A DNA stretch of 64,000 nt from Ferruginibacter sp. (GTDB lineage: Bacteria > Bacteroidota > Bacteroidia > Chitinophagales > Chitinophagaceae), in the NCBI GenBank assembly GCA_039921685.1, contig JBDSBG010000005.1:260-64259 (forward strand). The letters run 5' to 3'. A program made the position numbers and the translations under genes. How positions within the stretch are numbered: the first letter of the stretch is position 1; every line of letters begins with the position of its first letter. The notes under the pieces were generated by a model. The model ran no database searches. It was not told where the DNA came from and was given only the letters and a program-made list of their open reading frames with translations. Below, one piece after another: positions 1-9,642 of this stretch.

Positions 1-1187
1 GATAGCCATTATCAGGTCACTTGGCGTACCGGCGAGGTATTCATTTGTACAAAAAGAACGGCGTGCCGTATGCGAGGAAATCCAGGTATACTTTGGTCTC
101 GTTTCTTCAATTATTTGATTTCCTCTTCTGTGACAAATTTTAACCTGTTCAGTGATACCTGCTAACCTGATTACTTCTTTTATATAATAGTTGAAATTTA
201 CCATGCTCACTTTCGGCATCTGCATTTCATACTTATCAACCAATATGCGCCTTGCATCCTCTCTTAAAGGAACAATCACACTAGTAAGTGTTTTCTTTTG
301 AACAGTATAAAGCATTCCATCTCGTATTTCATTTTGCTGGATATTGGAATAATCACTGAACCTAAATCCTGTTCAACAACCTAAAACAAATAGATCACGA
401 TATTTTATTAAGCATGGTTTGCAGATAAATCAAGATGATAGACTTTTGATAATTCAGGCCAACTTAAATAAACTGCATCCACTTCTTCTTCCATGCATTT
501 TAAAAAACTAAGGTCAGCGTAGGGGATTATCTTTCTTGCCATCCTGTCTTTTAAAAAAGACTTAAAGTGTTTTATGGTTTTTCCAACTGTATTTATTTTA
601 AGCCCCTTGAGAAGTTTATTTCTTCTGAGAAGTGGTACTTCAAATACCAGGTATCTTGTAAAGTGTTCATAAAAGTATGCATCGAAAGAATCAAAAGTTA
701 GCGACATCTTTTTATATTCCTGGAAACATAATAGATGTTTCTTCATGCTTCTTATAGTCGTTAGTGTGCTTGGCTGCACCAAATCTTTTTTATCTCGTAT
801 ATACTTTTCGATCTGATGAAAAACATCTAGTTTTTGGCGATTGGTTTCCTGATCTAAGAAATAATGATCACCAACCTGATTAAAATTCTTTTTAATAAAT
901 TCTACCGGGCAGGTGTTGGCGTGATATAAAGCATAGTCTATGAGTTTTTCTGCACGTCGAAGTTTCTCCCTTAAGGCGGCTTGTAATTTTTCCGGGTTTC
1001 CATATTCAACTGGAAGCAGGTTTGAAATTGAACTTGTTTTTTTGATCCAGTATCTTTGGGGAACTCCAATATCGGATCCAATTAAAATTCTTTTTGTTGG
1101 TGAATAACAATACTGCAGGAAAATTAAACTTGTGCCGTCTTTACGTACTTTTCCTTTTTTAATAATTAACTTGATGGGATGACGCAT
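1..1187 (-). pseudogene. Tyrosine recombinase/integrase, disrupted and running off the left edge
   Basis: ORF 408..1187 encodes the Arm-binding and SAM-like N-terminal part. After a 1-nt frameshift near 411 the other frame reads LIKYRDLFVLGC*TGFRFSDY...WISSHTARRSFCTNEYLAGTPSDLIMAI, carrying the catalytic R and HxxR motifs with an in-frame TGA at 373-375. Confidence 0.9.
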
Positions 1188-1334
1188 ATTTTATTCTTTT
1201 TAGTGTTGATCAAAAATAGACGTCAATTTTAAGCGTAAGGATCGCTGTTATTTTTTATAATACTGTTCCAGGAATTGCTATCGCATTGATTTTCAGGTCT
1301 ATTTATTTCTGTTGAGCCTTCCGTATTTAAACTT

Positions 1335-1370
1335 TGTTCACTATATTTGCTTGTTCACGTTACGTGAACA
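1335..1370 (+). promoter_or_regulatory. Promoter and inverted-repeat operator of the AbiE-like operon
   Basis: Bacteroidota -7 box TATATTTG at 1342-1349, perfect inverted repeat TGTTCACGT-T-ACGTGAACA at 1352-1370, extra TGTTCAC half-site at 1335-1341, ATG at 1381. Confidence 0.65.
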
Positions 1371-1380
1371 GAGCAATAAA

Positions 1381-2394
1381 ATGAACAAGACAGAACAACA
1401 TATCATTATACATGCGCTGGAACACCTGCAGAATACAACAGGGGTGAGAACAAAATTCACTCCTGCTGTAAAGGATAAGTTTATTGATGGAACAGTTGAT
1501 TTTATAATGAAGGATAAGAAAACACTATTTTTTATTGAGGCAAAAAGAGAGTTAAGGACTCATCATTTACCAGCCATTACCGAACAAGCAATCAAGTATA
1601 ATCCTTTGCTTGTAATAGCAGAAACTATTTTTCCAAAATTAAAAGAAGAGCTCCGTAAACAAAATATTGCTTACTTAGATGATGCAGGCAATGCCTATAT
1701 TAACTATCACGACCTGGTTATTTTGATTGATGGCAAAAAGAATGAAAAAAAAGCATATAAATTAACTAACCGGGCATTTACGAAAGCGGGTCTTAAAGTT
1801 GTGTTTCATTTATTGTTGGATGAAGAATTAATAAATCTTCCTTACAGAGAACTGGCAAAAATGGCTGAAGTGGGATTGGGTAATATTAATAATGTAATGA
1901 CGGGTCTAAAAGATATGGGCTATGTATTGCAGTTAGATAATAAAAGAAAGAAATTACAAAAGAAAAATGAATTGTTAGATCGATGGATGAATGGTTTCGC
2001 CGAAATATTAAAACCAGCTTTGCACGTTGGCAATTTTAGATTTGCAAAAACAGAAGAATTTAATAACTGGAGAAAAATACGTGTAGAAGGGCAAGATACT
2101 ATTTGGGGTGGAGAGCCGGCTGGTGATATTTTAACTGATGATTTAAATCCAGCCAATCTAACGATATATACCACAAAGAAAAAAGCAGACATAATGAAGC
2201 AGTTTAAAGCTGTACCGGACCCGGGTGGTAAAATTAAGGTATATCAAAAATTTTGGAACCATCCGGCACAATGGAAAAAAGCGATTGCCCCGCCTTTGTT
2301 AGTCTATGTTGATTTAATTTTAACCGGTGACCCAAGATGCCAGGAGATAGCTAAAAAGATATTTGATAGACATCTGAAAAATGAGTTTATATAA
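1381..2394 (+). CDS. Type IV TA system AbiEi-family antitoxin / transcriptional regulator
   Basis: Central HTH-like segment (LPYRELAKMAEVGLGNINNVM), WGGEPA and PPLLVYVDL motifs typical of the Bacteroidota AbiEi_2-like family; overlaps the downstream nucleotidyltransferase gene. Start taken at ATG 1381 rather than 1312. Confidence 0.75.
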   Translation: MNKTEQHIIIHALEHLQNTTGVRTKFTPAVKDKFIDGTVDFIMKDKKTLFFIEAKRELRTHHLPAITEQAIKYNPLLVIAETIFPKLKEELRKQNIAYLDDAGNAYINYHDLVILIDGKKNEKKAYKLTNRAFTKAGLKVVFHLLLDEELINLPYRELAKMAEVGLGNINNVMTGLKDMGYVLQLDNKRKKLQKKNELLDRWMNGFAEILKPALHVGNFRFAKTEEFNNWRKIRVEGQDTIWGGEPAGDILTDDLNPANLTIYTTKKKADIMKQFKAVPDPGGKIKVYQKFWNHPAQWKKAIAPPLLVYVDLILTGDPRCQEIAKKIFDRHLKNEFI

Positions 2395-3208
2395 TATAAG
2401 GCAAGGCTTATTGAAACCGGTTTTCGATGCATTGGAAGATGCTTTTGGAAAATTGTCTATAGACTTTTATTTAATTGGAGCAATTGCAAGAGACATATGG
2501 TATGCCAAAGGAAATGCCAATTCTACAGCAACCAGGGATATAGATTTCGCCGTGTTCATTGCAGATCATGAGGATTATAATAAATTAAAAGAATACCTGG
2601 TGCAGCAAAAGAACTTTGTTGAATCAAATACAAATGCATTTACAATAATCTCTCCCGAAGGACTTGTTGTGGATGTACTTCCATTTGGTGAAATAGAAAT
2701 AGATAATAAAATAAATATGTCCGGCGAAGGACTGACCTCTATCAAGGTTAATGGATTTCAAGAAGTATATAACTCAGGTACAGAAATAATTGAATTTGGG
2801 AATGGGCATGCATTCTCAGTGGCAACTTTATCATCAATAGTTTTACTCAAACTCATATCATTTGATGATAGACCTGAACAACGATTAAAAGATCCAGGAG
2901 ATATTGCCAGTATCATACAGAACTATTTTGATCTGAAGTCAGATACTATTTATGCGAATCATGCTGATCTTTTTGAGAACGAAAATTTTACACTTCAAAA
3001 AGCTGCAGCCAGGGTTATCGGCCGGGGAATAAAAAATACTGTCGAATCAAATACTGTTTTAAAAGAAAGAATAATACGCATTCTTGCAAATCACATTAGT
3101 CAGGGTGATCAGAGCATCTTTGCCCGGAATATGCAATCAGGTAATGATTTTGTATTGTCAGTTGCGATGGATTGGCTGACCGAGATGCTAACAGGAATAA
3201 CTGAATAA
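2381..3208 (+). CDS. AbiEii-like nucleotidyltransferase toxin
   Basis: LIGAIARD...ATRDIDFAV nucleotidyltransferase motif, KLISFDDR/KDPGD downstream motifs; coupled to the antitoxin-like gene by a 14-nt overlap. Confidence 0.75.
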   Translation: MSLYNIRQGLLKPVFDALEDAFGKLSIDFYLIGAIARDIWYAKGNANSTATRDIDFAVFIADHEDYNKLKEYLVQQKNFVESNTNAFTIISPEGLVVDVLPFGEIEIDNKINMSGEGLTSIKVNGFQEVYNSGTEIIEFGNGHAFSVATLSSIVLLKLISFDDRPEQRLKDPGDIASIIQNYFDLKSDTIYANHADLFENENFTLQKAAARVIGRGIKNTVESNTVLKERIIRILANHISQGDQSIFARNMQSGNDFVLSVAMDWLTEMLTGITE

Positions 3209-3275
3209 TGTATTTAATTACAGGTATATATTTGTAAACTACGCTATTCATTCTGTCTATGAACGAATTTTAAAT

Positions 3276-6200
3276 ATGCCTTTTTCAAATGAACAAATGA
3301 CGATTTTTCAATCCCTTTTTAAAGGAAGAGAAGATGCATTTGCTATTCGATGGGAAAAAGGTAGTAAAAGCGGGTACATGCCGGCGTATGATTTAAACTG
3401 GCAAGAATTTTTAAAACATAAAGAAAGAGGCGGCACATTAAAAGATTTCCCCAACAAACAGTTTTCAAAATTAACGGAACAAAGAATTAGCAATCACTTA
3501 TCCGGTAAAGAAGTAATCGGACTGTATCCTTTATTACCGGACAATTCTTCCTGGTTTCTTGTTGCTGATTTTGATGAAAGTTTGACCAGTAAAAAAAGTT
3601 GGATTGAGGAATGTAGGATTTTTATGGAAGCTTGTGACCTCTATAAGATTCCAGCTTACCTGGAACGTTCACGAAGTGGAAAAGGAGGCCATGTTTGGAT
3701 TTTTTTTGATACAAATTATCCTGCCTATAAAAGTAGAAAGATAGTTTTGAATATTTTGGAATTATCCGCTATCATTTCAATGTTTGATAAAAACTCTAAT
3801 TATGACAGGCTGTTCCCTAACCAGGATTATCACTCGGCCAAAGGGCTAGGAAATCTTATATCGTTGCCATTGCAAAAGAAAGCAGTAGAACAAAATAATT
3901 CTTGCTTTATCGATCCCATGAATTTGATGGTCTTTGAAGATCAGTGGACCTTCTTGAAAAATATACAAAGAACTCAGGTTAATCATTTGGATACAATCTT
4001 TAAATCAATCTCAAATCCAATAAATGATGATCAACTTCTTGTTGAAAATAAATTGTTATCTAACGATGAAGTTCAGGTTGTCTTAAACAATCAAATTATA
4101 ATTCGAAGAAATCAATTGTTATCTGAGGTGATAATTTTTTTGAGAGATAACCTTAATATTACTAACACTGAATATATTATTAAAAAGAAACTTGGTAAAA
4201 GCACTTTTGGTATTGAGTCTTATTTTAAAATGTTAGAAGAAAAAGATGGGCTTGTTTTATTGCCAAAAGGATTTGTCGGTAAACTACTTCGGTTCTTTAA
4301 TGAACAAAAAATTCCCTATAGCCTGATTGACGAACGCAAAAAACTTTCAGAAGTTAATTTCTCATTTAAAACATCTTTGTATGAATTCCAGCAAGAAGTA
4401 CTTGACATTGCTAAGAAAAAGGAGATGGGTATTATTGTCGCACCTCCGGGTTCTGGCAAGACTATTATGGGACTTGGAATTGTTGCTTCCAAAAAACAAC
4501 CAACATTAATAATTGTTCATCGTAAACAGTTATTCGATCAGTGGATTGAGCGTATACAATCTTTTCTAGGCATAGCCGAGCCTTTTATTGGAAAAATTAC
4601 GCAGGGGAAACAAAGGATTGGAACACATATTACAGTAGCAATGATGCAGAGTCTTGTTTCAATAGAGTTATCAAATGAGTTATTCAGCTCTTTTGGTACA
4701 ATAATAATTGACGAATGTCATCATGTACCTGCCAAAACATTTAGGCAGGTTATCCGACGGTTTAATTCTTTCTATTTATATGGTTTAACTGCAACGCCTG
4801 TAAGAAAAAATAATGATGAGAAACTAATCTTTATTCACATTGGAGATGTTATTCATGAAGTGAAATATCCTATGAAGAATGCTTCATCTCCAAATAAAGT
4901 ATCAATCATAATCCGGGAAACCGATTTGCGGATTCCATTTGATTCTAGGACTGATAAAACAGAAACGCTTTATCAAATACTGATTCATGATTCTGAAAGA
5001 AACAGGTTAATTATCGATGATATAAAAACAGAAGCAAATACAGGTAAAAAAGTGCTCGTGCTCACGGAAAGAAAAGCCCATATTGAAACGTTATATCAAT
5101 ACCTGAAAAATAGCCATGAAGTATTAATCATTTCTGGCGAAGATTCAGAATCGGTAAGAAAATCAAAATTCAATCAAATTAAAGAAGGCCATTTTCAAAT
5201 TTTAATTTCTACAGGGCAATTCCTTGGTGAAGGAGCGGATATTGATAACCTGGAATGTTTAATACTTGCCTACCCTTTTGCTTTTGAAGGGAAATTGATA
5301 CAATATATGGGGCGGGTACAACGCACAGAAATTACTCCTGTCATTTATGACTATAGGGATATTTATATTGATTATTTGGAAAATCAATTCAGAAAAAGAA
5401 ATCAGTATTATAAAAAACTGATGAAAACCGGGATGCTAAAAAAGTTTGATGAGTTGAATTTGATTTTTAGTGGAACGAGTTTTTTTGTAAATTCAGATGA
5501 TTATGTTTTGCCAATAAGCTGCTTGGATTTCCCTGTAAATGTTGAAAGATTCAAAGAAGAAATAGTATGGAAAGTCCGGGTTCTAAATTATGATGATGAA
5601 CGCGGGGAGCTGATGACTGAGATTATAGACTATAATGCAAAGACGGATTTAGTTACCGGCAAGCAAGGCTCACTACAATTTTTAATAATTGATAAAATTA
5701 AATTTCGAACTATTGATACTGGTAATCTATTACGGGCTGTAGAACTTAAACAAGTATTCTTTGTCAATCAAAGTACAGAAACCATAGTTAGTTATGACAT
5801 CCTTAAGCCGATTGAAAATAAAACAACCCATTCAATTGAAAAGACGGTTATAAAAACTATGAAAGTTCCATTTAATAAAATTCAATTCTCTAATGCTTGC
5901 GTTTGCTTTTCTGTATTTATTATAGAATTTGACCAGGAAATTAAGTTTGAAATTGAGAATCTAGATATAAGACCTGAGTTTGAAGCAATTAAAGAATATT
6001 TTATTAAAATTTTGAAGAAGAAATTAATTACTGTTGAAATTGAAATTCAGTATTCAGGTACACAAATTATTTCTGCAAGTGCAAGTTCCGATGATGTTAA
6101 TAAAATCAACAGTAGTATTATTGATAGTGTGCGATTTGAATTTGTGAAAAAGGAGATACTAACATTCAAAGGGAAACCAAAAGATTCGTCAATAATAAAT

Positions 6201-6659
6201 ACACTTGATAATTTATTGAGCCAGAAAAAAAATGCTGAAAAGATATTTAAGTCCGATCAGGGGTTAATAGATGATATTTTAAATATTAAAGACTCAAAAC
6301 ATTACCACCAAATAAAATATTTATCTTCTCATCATCAATCGTCGGTTCTAAAAATTCGGTTTGTGATAAATCCATTTTCTTTTTTGTTTTTAATTGCCGG
6401 GGACAAAAAGTATCATATTGTTTGGGAAACCCTTAATAGTGAAGAAGCCACTTATCTCTGGCATTTTGAAAAATCAATAGATGCTTTGCGAAAAGGGCTA
6501 AAAGAAATTGAAGTAATTCTCAATGAAATAAAGGCAACAAGTAAACTCGATTATCTTAGTAAAGAGCATGATAATTTTAGTCGGATTATGCATGATTATG
6601 CGGATATGAAAAGCGGTTTTGTGTCCTGGAAGGCGATGCTGGAACAAAAGTTGGGCTAA
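3276..6659 (+). CDS. Archaeo-eukaryotic primase-like (TOTE-type) domain fused to SF2 DExH helicase (ResIII-like) with uncharacterised C-terminal region
   Basis: N-terminal LFKGREDAFA, ADFD, ERSRSGKGGHVW, DRLFPNQD, GNLISLP motifs; helicase motifs APPGSGKT, IIDECHH, LTATP, QYMGRVQR; about 400 further residues. Confidence 0.8.
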   Translation: MPFSNEQMTIFQSLFKGREDAFAIRWEKGSKSGYMPAYDLNWQEFLKHKERGGTLKDFPNKQFSKLTEQRISNHLSGKEVIGLYPLLPDNSSWFLVADFDESLTSKKSWIEECRIFMEACDLYKIPAYLERSRSGKGGHVWIFFDTNYPAYKSRKIVLNILELSAIISMFDKNSNYDRLFPNQDYHSAKGLGNLISLPLQKKAVEQNNSCFIDPMNLMVFEDQWTFLKNIQRTQVNHLDTIFKSISNPINDDQLLVENKLLSNDEVQVVLNNQIIIRRNQLLSEVIIFLRDNLNITNTEYIIKKKLGKSTFGIESYFKMLEEKDGLVLLPKGFVGKLLRFFNEQKIPYSLIDERKKLSEVNFSFKTSLYEFQQEVLDIAKKKEMGIIVAPPGSGKTIMGLGIVASKKQPTLIIVHRKQLFDQWIERIQSFLGIAEPFIGKITQGKQRIGTHITVAMMQSLVSIELSNELFSSFGTIIIDECHHVPAKTFRQVIRRFNSFYLYGLTATPVRKNNDEKLIFIHIGDVIHEVKYPMKNASSPNKVSIIIRETDLRIPFDSRTDKTETLYQILIHDSERNRLIIDDIKTEANTGKKVLVLTERKAHIETLYQYLKNSHEVLIISGEDSESVRKSKFNQIKEGHFQILISTGQFLGEGADIDNLECLILAYPFAFEGKLIQYMGRVQRTEITPVIYDYRDIYIDYLENQFRKRNQYYKKLMKTGMLKKFDELNLIFSGTSFFVNSDDYVLPISCLDFPVNVERFKEEIVWKVRVLNYDDERGELMTEIIDYNAKTDLVTGKQGSLQFLIIDKIKFRTIDTGNLLRAVELKQVFFVNQSTETIVSYDILKPIENKTTHSIEKTVIKTMKVPFNKIQFSNACVCFSVFIIEFDQEIKFEIENLDIRPEFEAIKEYFIKILKKKLITVEIEIQYSGTQIISASASSDDVNKINSSIIDSVRFEFVKKEILTFKGKPKDSSIINTLDNLLSQKKNAEKIFKSDQGLIDDILNIKDSKHYHQIKYLSSHHQSSVLKIRFVINPFSFLFLIAGDKKYHIVWETLNSEEATYLWHFEKSIDALRKGLKEIEVILNEIKATSKLDYLSKEHDNFSRIMHDYADMKSGFVSWKAMLEQKLG

Positions 6660-6901
6660 TATTTTACTAATATCTATGTTGAATTAGTAAATTCATTTTA
6701 AGCATAATTTCAGTGTATTCCTGGTAATTGTATTTTATTTTAAAGTGGATTAAAATGGTCCTTTTTAACTAAGAAATTGTAACTTTATTTTTGCACTTTA
6801 GCTCTTTGTTGTTCAATGTGAATCAAACTGTATAGCTCGGTTACCAATTCGGTGAACAATGCTAAAAATCACTTATAACGCATTCATTTTGACTGTCCGG
6901 C

Positions 6902-6920
6902 CGAGTCCCGTCCGGTCCGC
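6902..6920 (+). mobile_element. att-like site: 3' fragment of an Asp-type tRNA
   Basis: CGAGTCCCGTCCGGTCCGC matches the T-loop to acceptor-stem 3' end of bacterial tRNA-Asp. The upstream bases do not continue as GGGTT, so this is a fragment and not a gene. Confidence 0.7.
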
Positions 6921-6922
6921 AA

Positions 6923-6945
6923 AGGCCTCGGTTTATCCGGGGCCT
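6923..6945 (+). terminator. GC-rich hairpin directly after the tRNA fragment
   Basis: AGGCCTCGG-TTTAT-CCGGGGCCT, 9-bp stem with one G-U pair, but only a weak U tract. Confidence 0.5.
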
Positions 6946-7284
6946 CTCCGTTTTATGGATATCTGTAAACGCATGAGCCGGCAGGTGCTTTCCGTTGTTA
7001 TAAAATCAGGTAAAGTGAGAGATGCATCGTAAATAAGAGCGTTTAAACCTTTTTTTGTTACTGCATCATTATTCAAAAAGTAGTTGGCAATACGGCATCT
7101 AATGAGAGAGCTGAACAATATTTATTAATCTGTTGATCCTTCAGCACCAGAAACTTTTGCTTGGGAATTAAGTTTCCTGATATCTTTTGCAATCAAACTA
7201 TTAGGTATATTGATAACATGATGATGAGAGGTTTGGGCAGATAAGAAACGTACTGGAAAAAATTTCTACCGGGTATATCAGTTT

Positions 7285-8769
7285 TTAGTCTTTCTTTTTA
7301 TAAAATACACTTTCTGTATTTTCTATATTTCCCTCAGGCAATGTAATACACCTATTAACAATTAAATCTCCATTTTTATCAATGTAAAGAAATTTAATAC
7401 CAAAATTTATTATACCATCATATGCTTCATTGGGTTTTGTTTCTGTAGAAACCAATATCCCATTATAGTAATCGTATCTTTCCCACAGATGGTTCACCGC
7501 ATGTTCGGACCTGTTTAATCTCACAAATAATTTTTTCTTATTAACATTGGTAAAGTTATAAAAGCGGTTTTTATCAGCTTTGTCCCAATATTTTGCTTTG
7601 AAGCTATCTATTATTGTAGTTTCTAACATCCTTGACTGAAAATTATATTTTTCATTGATCATCGCAAGAACATTTATCTCAGCCACGCCCACGTTAGTTT
7701 CTTCATTCTTTATATTGGCTCTCCATTGAGGTTCATAATGAGTGTGCCTCGAGCTTGCTTCTCCTGAAACTATAAAATTGAATAGCTGATTATCAGCACC
7801 TGTGCCTTTCGTTAATCTGAGTACGCCGGCATTACCACTGCTCTCAACAGCAAGCGCCTTATTACTGTTGCTGGACACTAACCTGTAATAATCTTCGCCC
7901 TGCTTATTTATCAGGAATTGCTGTTTATTATCTGATCCCGGTATTTCTAATGGCACACCAGTTTTTTTAGAGTATATCGTATAATAATTATGGCCTTCAA
8001 AGGAAAATAACTGGTCATCTGTTTCAGCAATATTGCTTAGCTCAATAAAATTTGTCGTATTCTGCAGCGATAGTGCTTTGCCTGTTTGCATTGTAATGAT
8101 GTGAAAATACTTTCTGCCAAAAACCGGACTGGCTGAACGTTTTCCTCCTTTGATCTCAATAGTTTTAATGAAATATTTTCCATGTTCATAACCATTATCT
8201 GTTTTTACCGAAGTATCTACTCCTATTATCTCCAATTCCAAGCCGGGGCCAAAGTGAAACGAATCTGTTACGTAAGCAGGTCTTTCTAAATTAAAAAACT
8301 TTAATCCTTCGGGATATTTATTATTCGTAAAATCTGCATAAACCCAGCCTGTATTTGTACACTGTACTCTTAGTCTGAAATTTATACAGTACATGTCCTG
8401 TCCGGAAATATTTACTATTGCTCCATTCAGCTTGGTATATTCTACAAACCTGAGTCCTAAGTTATCTATCTCCTGCAACATGTAATCTCTTGCTTTTAAT
8501 ACCGCGGCTTGTTTTTCATCGTCTTCTGGCTCAGCTTCTTTTTTGAATTCTTCGATTGAACCGTTTTCATAAACAATCTTGACTATATTTTTTTTATCCT
8601 GCGAATAGATGGGTCCATCGAGGTTATTCCATTTCTTATATTTCACATTTGTCTCCGTAATTTCCAACGTTTTTATTTTGATCTCGTCCCCGTTCTTCAG
8701 CATTAAAATGTCCTGGGCTTTAAGAATAATCGGAAGGAAAATAAAAGTAGTAATAATAATAAACCTCAT
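7285..8769 (-). CDS. Secreted protein with ricin-B-type beta-trefoil (RICIN) repeats
   Basis: Signal peptide MRFIIITTFIFLPIILKAQD; repeats such as YFHIITMQTGKALSL..DDQLFSF and YYRLVSSNSNKALAV..DNQLFNF. Start moved from 8796 to 8769. Confidence 0.65.
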   Translation of the reverse strand: MRFIIITTFIFLPIILKAQDILMLKNGDEIKIKTLEITETNVKYKKWNNLDGPIYSQDKKNIVKIVYENGSIEEFKKEAEPEDDEKQAAVLKARDYMLQEIDNLGLRFVEYTKLNGAIVNISGQDMYCINFRLRVQCTNTGWVYADFTNNKYPEGLKFFNLERPAYVTDSFHFGPGLELEIIGVDTSVKTDNGYEHGKYFIKTIEIKGGKRSASPVFGRKYFHIITMQTGKALSLQNTTNFIELSNIAETDDQLFSFEGHNYYTIYSKKTGVPLEIPGSDNKQQFLINKQGEDYYRLVSSNSNKALAVESSGNAGVLRLTKGTGADNQLFNFIVSGEASSRHTHYEPQWRANIKNEETNVGVAEINVLAMINEKYNFQSRMLETTIIDSFKAKYWDKADKNRFYNFTNVNKKKLFVRLNRSEHAVNHLWERYDYYNGILVSTETKPNEAYDGIINFGIKFLYIDKNGDLIVNRCITLPEGNIENTESVFYKKKD

Positions 8770-8885
8770 CTTGTTGCGCTTAAGTAGATTAACCAAGTTT
8801 GAATTCGTTTATGCCAGATGAATTTCGAATTTTGGCTTAAATGCTTTAATTCCTTTGTATTTGCTTAATAATTAATTCAAGACCG

Positions 8886-9572
8886 TTATGCCGAAGATTT
8901 GTAACGGGCGGGGACAGGCTTCTCATTTACTTTTGTAATATTTTCCTGGATTGCTTTGGCAACCGCTTCTGTTCCTGAACTTACGTGCAGCTTTTCATAA
9001 ATATGGCTGATGTGTGAGTTCACGGTCGGATAAGAAACATTGCATTTATCCGCGATCATCTTATAGCTAAGTCCCTGGACGAGATAATTAAGAATTTCCT
9101 GCTCCCTGGTAGTAAGGGAGAAATCCTTTTTTTCAATGCGCTGGTGTCTGTTATTAAAAAGTAACAGCACCTGGCGTGCAACCGTTGGCGTCATAGGTGC
9201 TCCACCTTCCATTACATCAGCGATAGCCTCCAATAATTTGGCAGGCTTGGTTTTTTTCAGCATGTATCCATCTGCGCCGGAAATAATTGCATCAAAGATC
9301 TTGTCATCATCTTCAAATACAGTTTGCATCAACACTTTTATCTTTGGAAAATTATTACGGATCAACTTCAAGCCTTCAATACCATTTACGTAAGGCATAT
9401 CAATATCCATCAATACCACATCGGGTAAATTAACTGAAAGCTTACTGACCAAATCACGGCAATCTTCATATTTACCACTGCAGGTTAATCCATCGCTGGT
9501 ATTTAATAAGAGTTGCAACAGATCTCTGCGGGGCTTGTTGTCATCAAATATCGCAACCTTCAAAACTTGCAT
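8886..9572 (-). CDS. NarL/LuxR-family response regulator
   Basis: Receiver domain (IFDD, VVLMDIDMP, GYMLK) and LuxR HTH (LTTREQEIL..GLSYKMIA..VNSHISHIYEKLHV). Confidence 0.95.
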   Translation of the reverse strand: MQVLKVAIFDDNKPRRDLLQLLLNTSDGLTCSGKYEDCRDLVSKLSVNLPDVVLMDIDMPYVNGIEGLKLIRNNFPKIKVLMQTVFEDDDKIFDAIISGADGYMLKKTKPAKLLEAIADVMEGGAPMTPTVARQVLLLFNNRHQRIEKKDFSLTTREQEILNYLVQGLSYKMIADKCNVSYPTVNSHISHIYEKLHVSSGTEAVAKAIQENITKVNEKPVPARYKSSA

Positions 9573-9605
9573 GCTGTAAAATTGAGTTTTATAATCCTAT
9601 TGTAC

Positions 9606-9625
9606 AATCATTGATTCCAATGATT
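9606..9625. promoter_or_regulatory. Palindromic operator between kinase and regulator genes
   Basis: Perfect 8-4-8 palindrome AATCATTG-ATTC-CAATGATT, repeated upstream of the SprB-repeat operon. Confidence 0.6.
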
Positions 9626-9642
9626 TTTACTGTATTGCCTTA

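Noticed and set aside
373-375. TGA in the integrase read as recoding (alternative genetic code or selenocysteine)
   Set aside because: TGA is used as a normal stop elsewhere (for example 31868-31870, 51862-51864, 53287-53289), and a frameshift lies 40 bp away, so decay is simpler.
6880-6945. Intact tRNA gene
   Set aside because: Only the 3' 19 nt match; no D-arm, anticodon arm or 5' acceptor strand upstream.
6933-7280. Short ORF or gene remnant next to the att-like site
   Set aside because: Translations in the minus frames gave no recognisable family; left unannotated.
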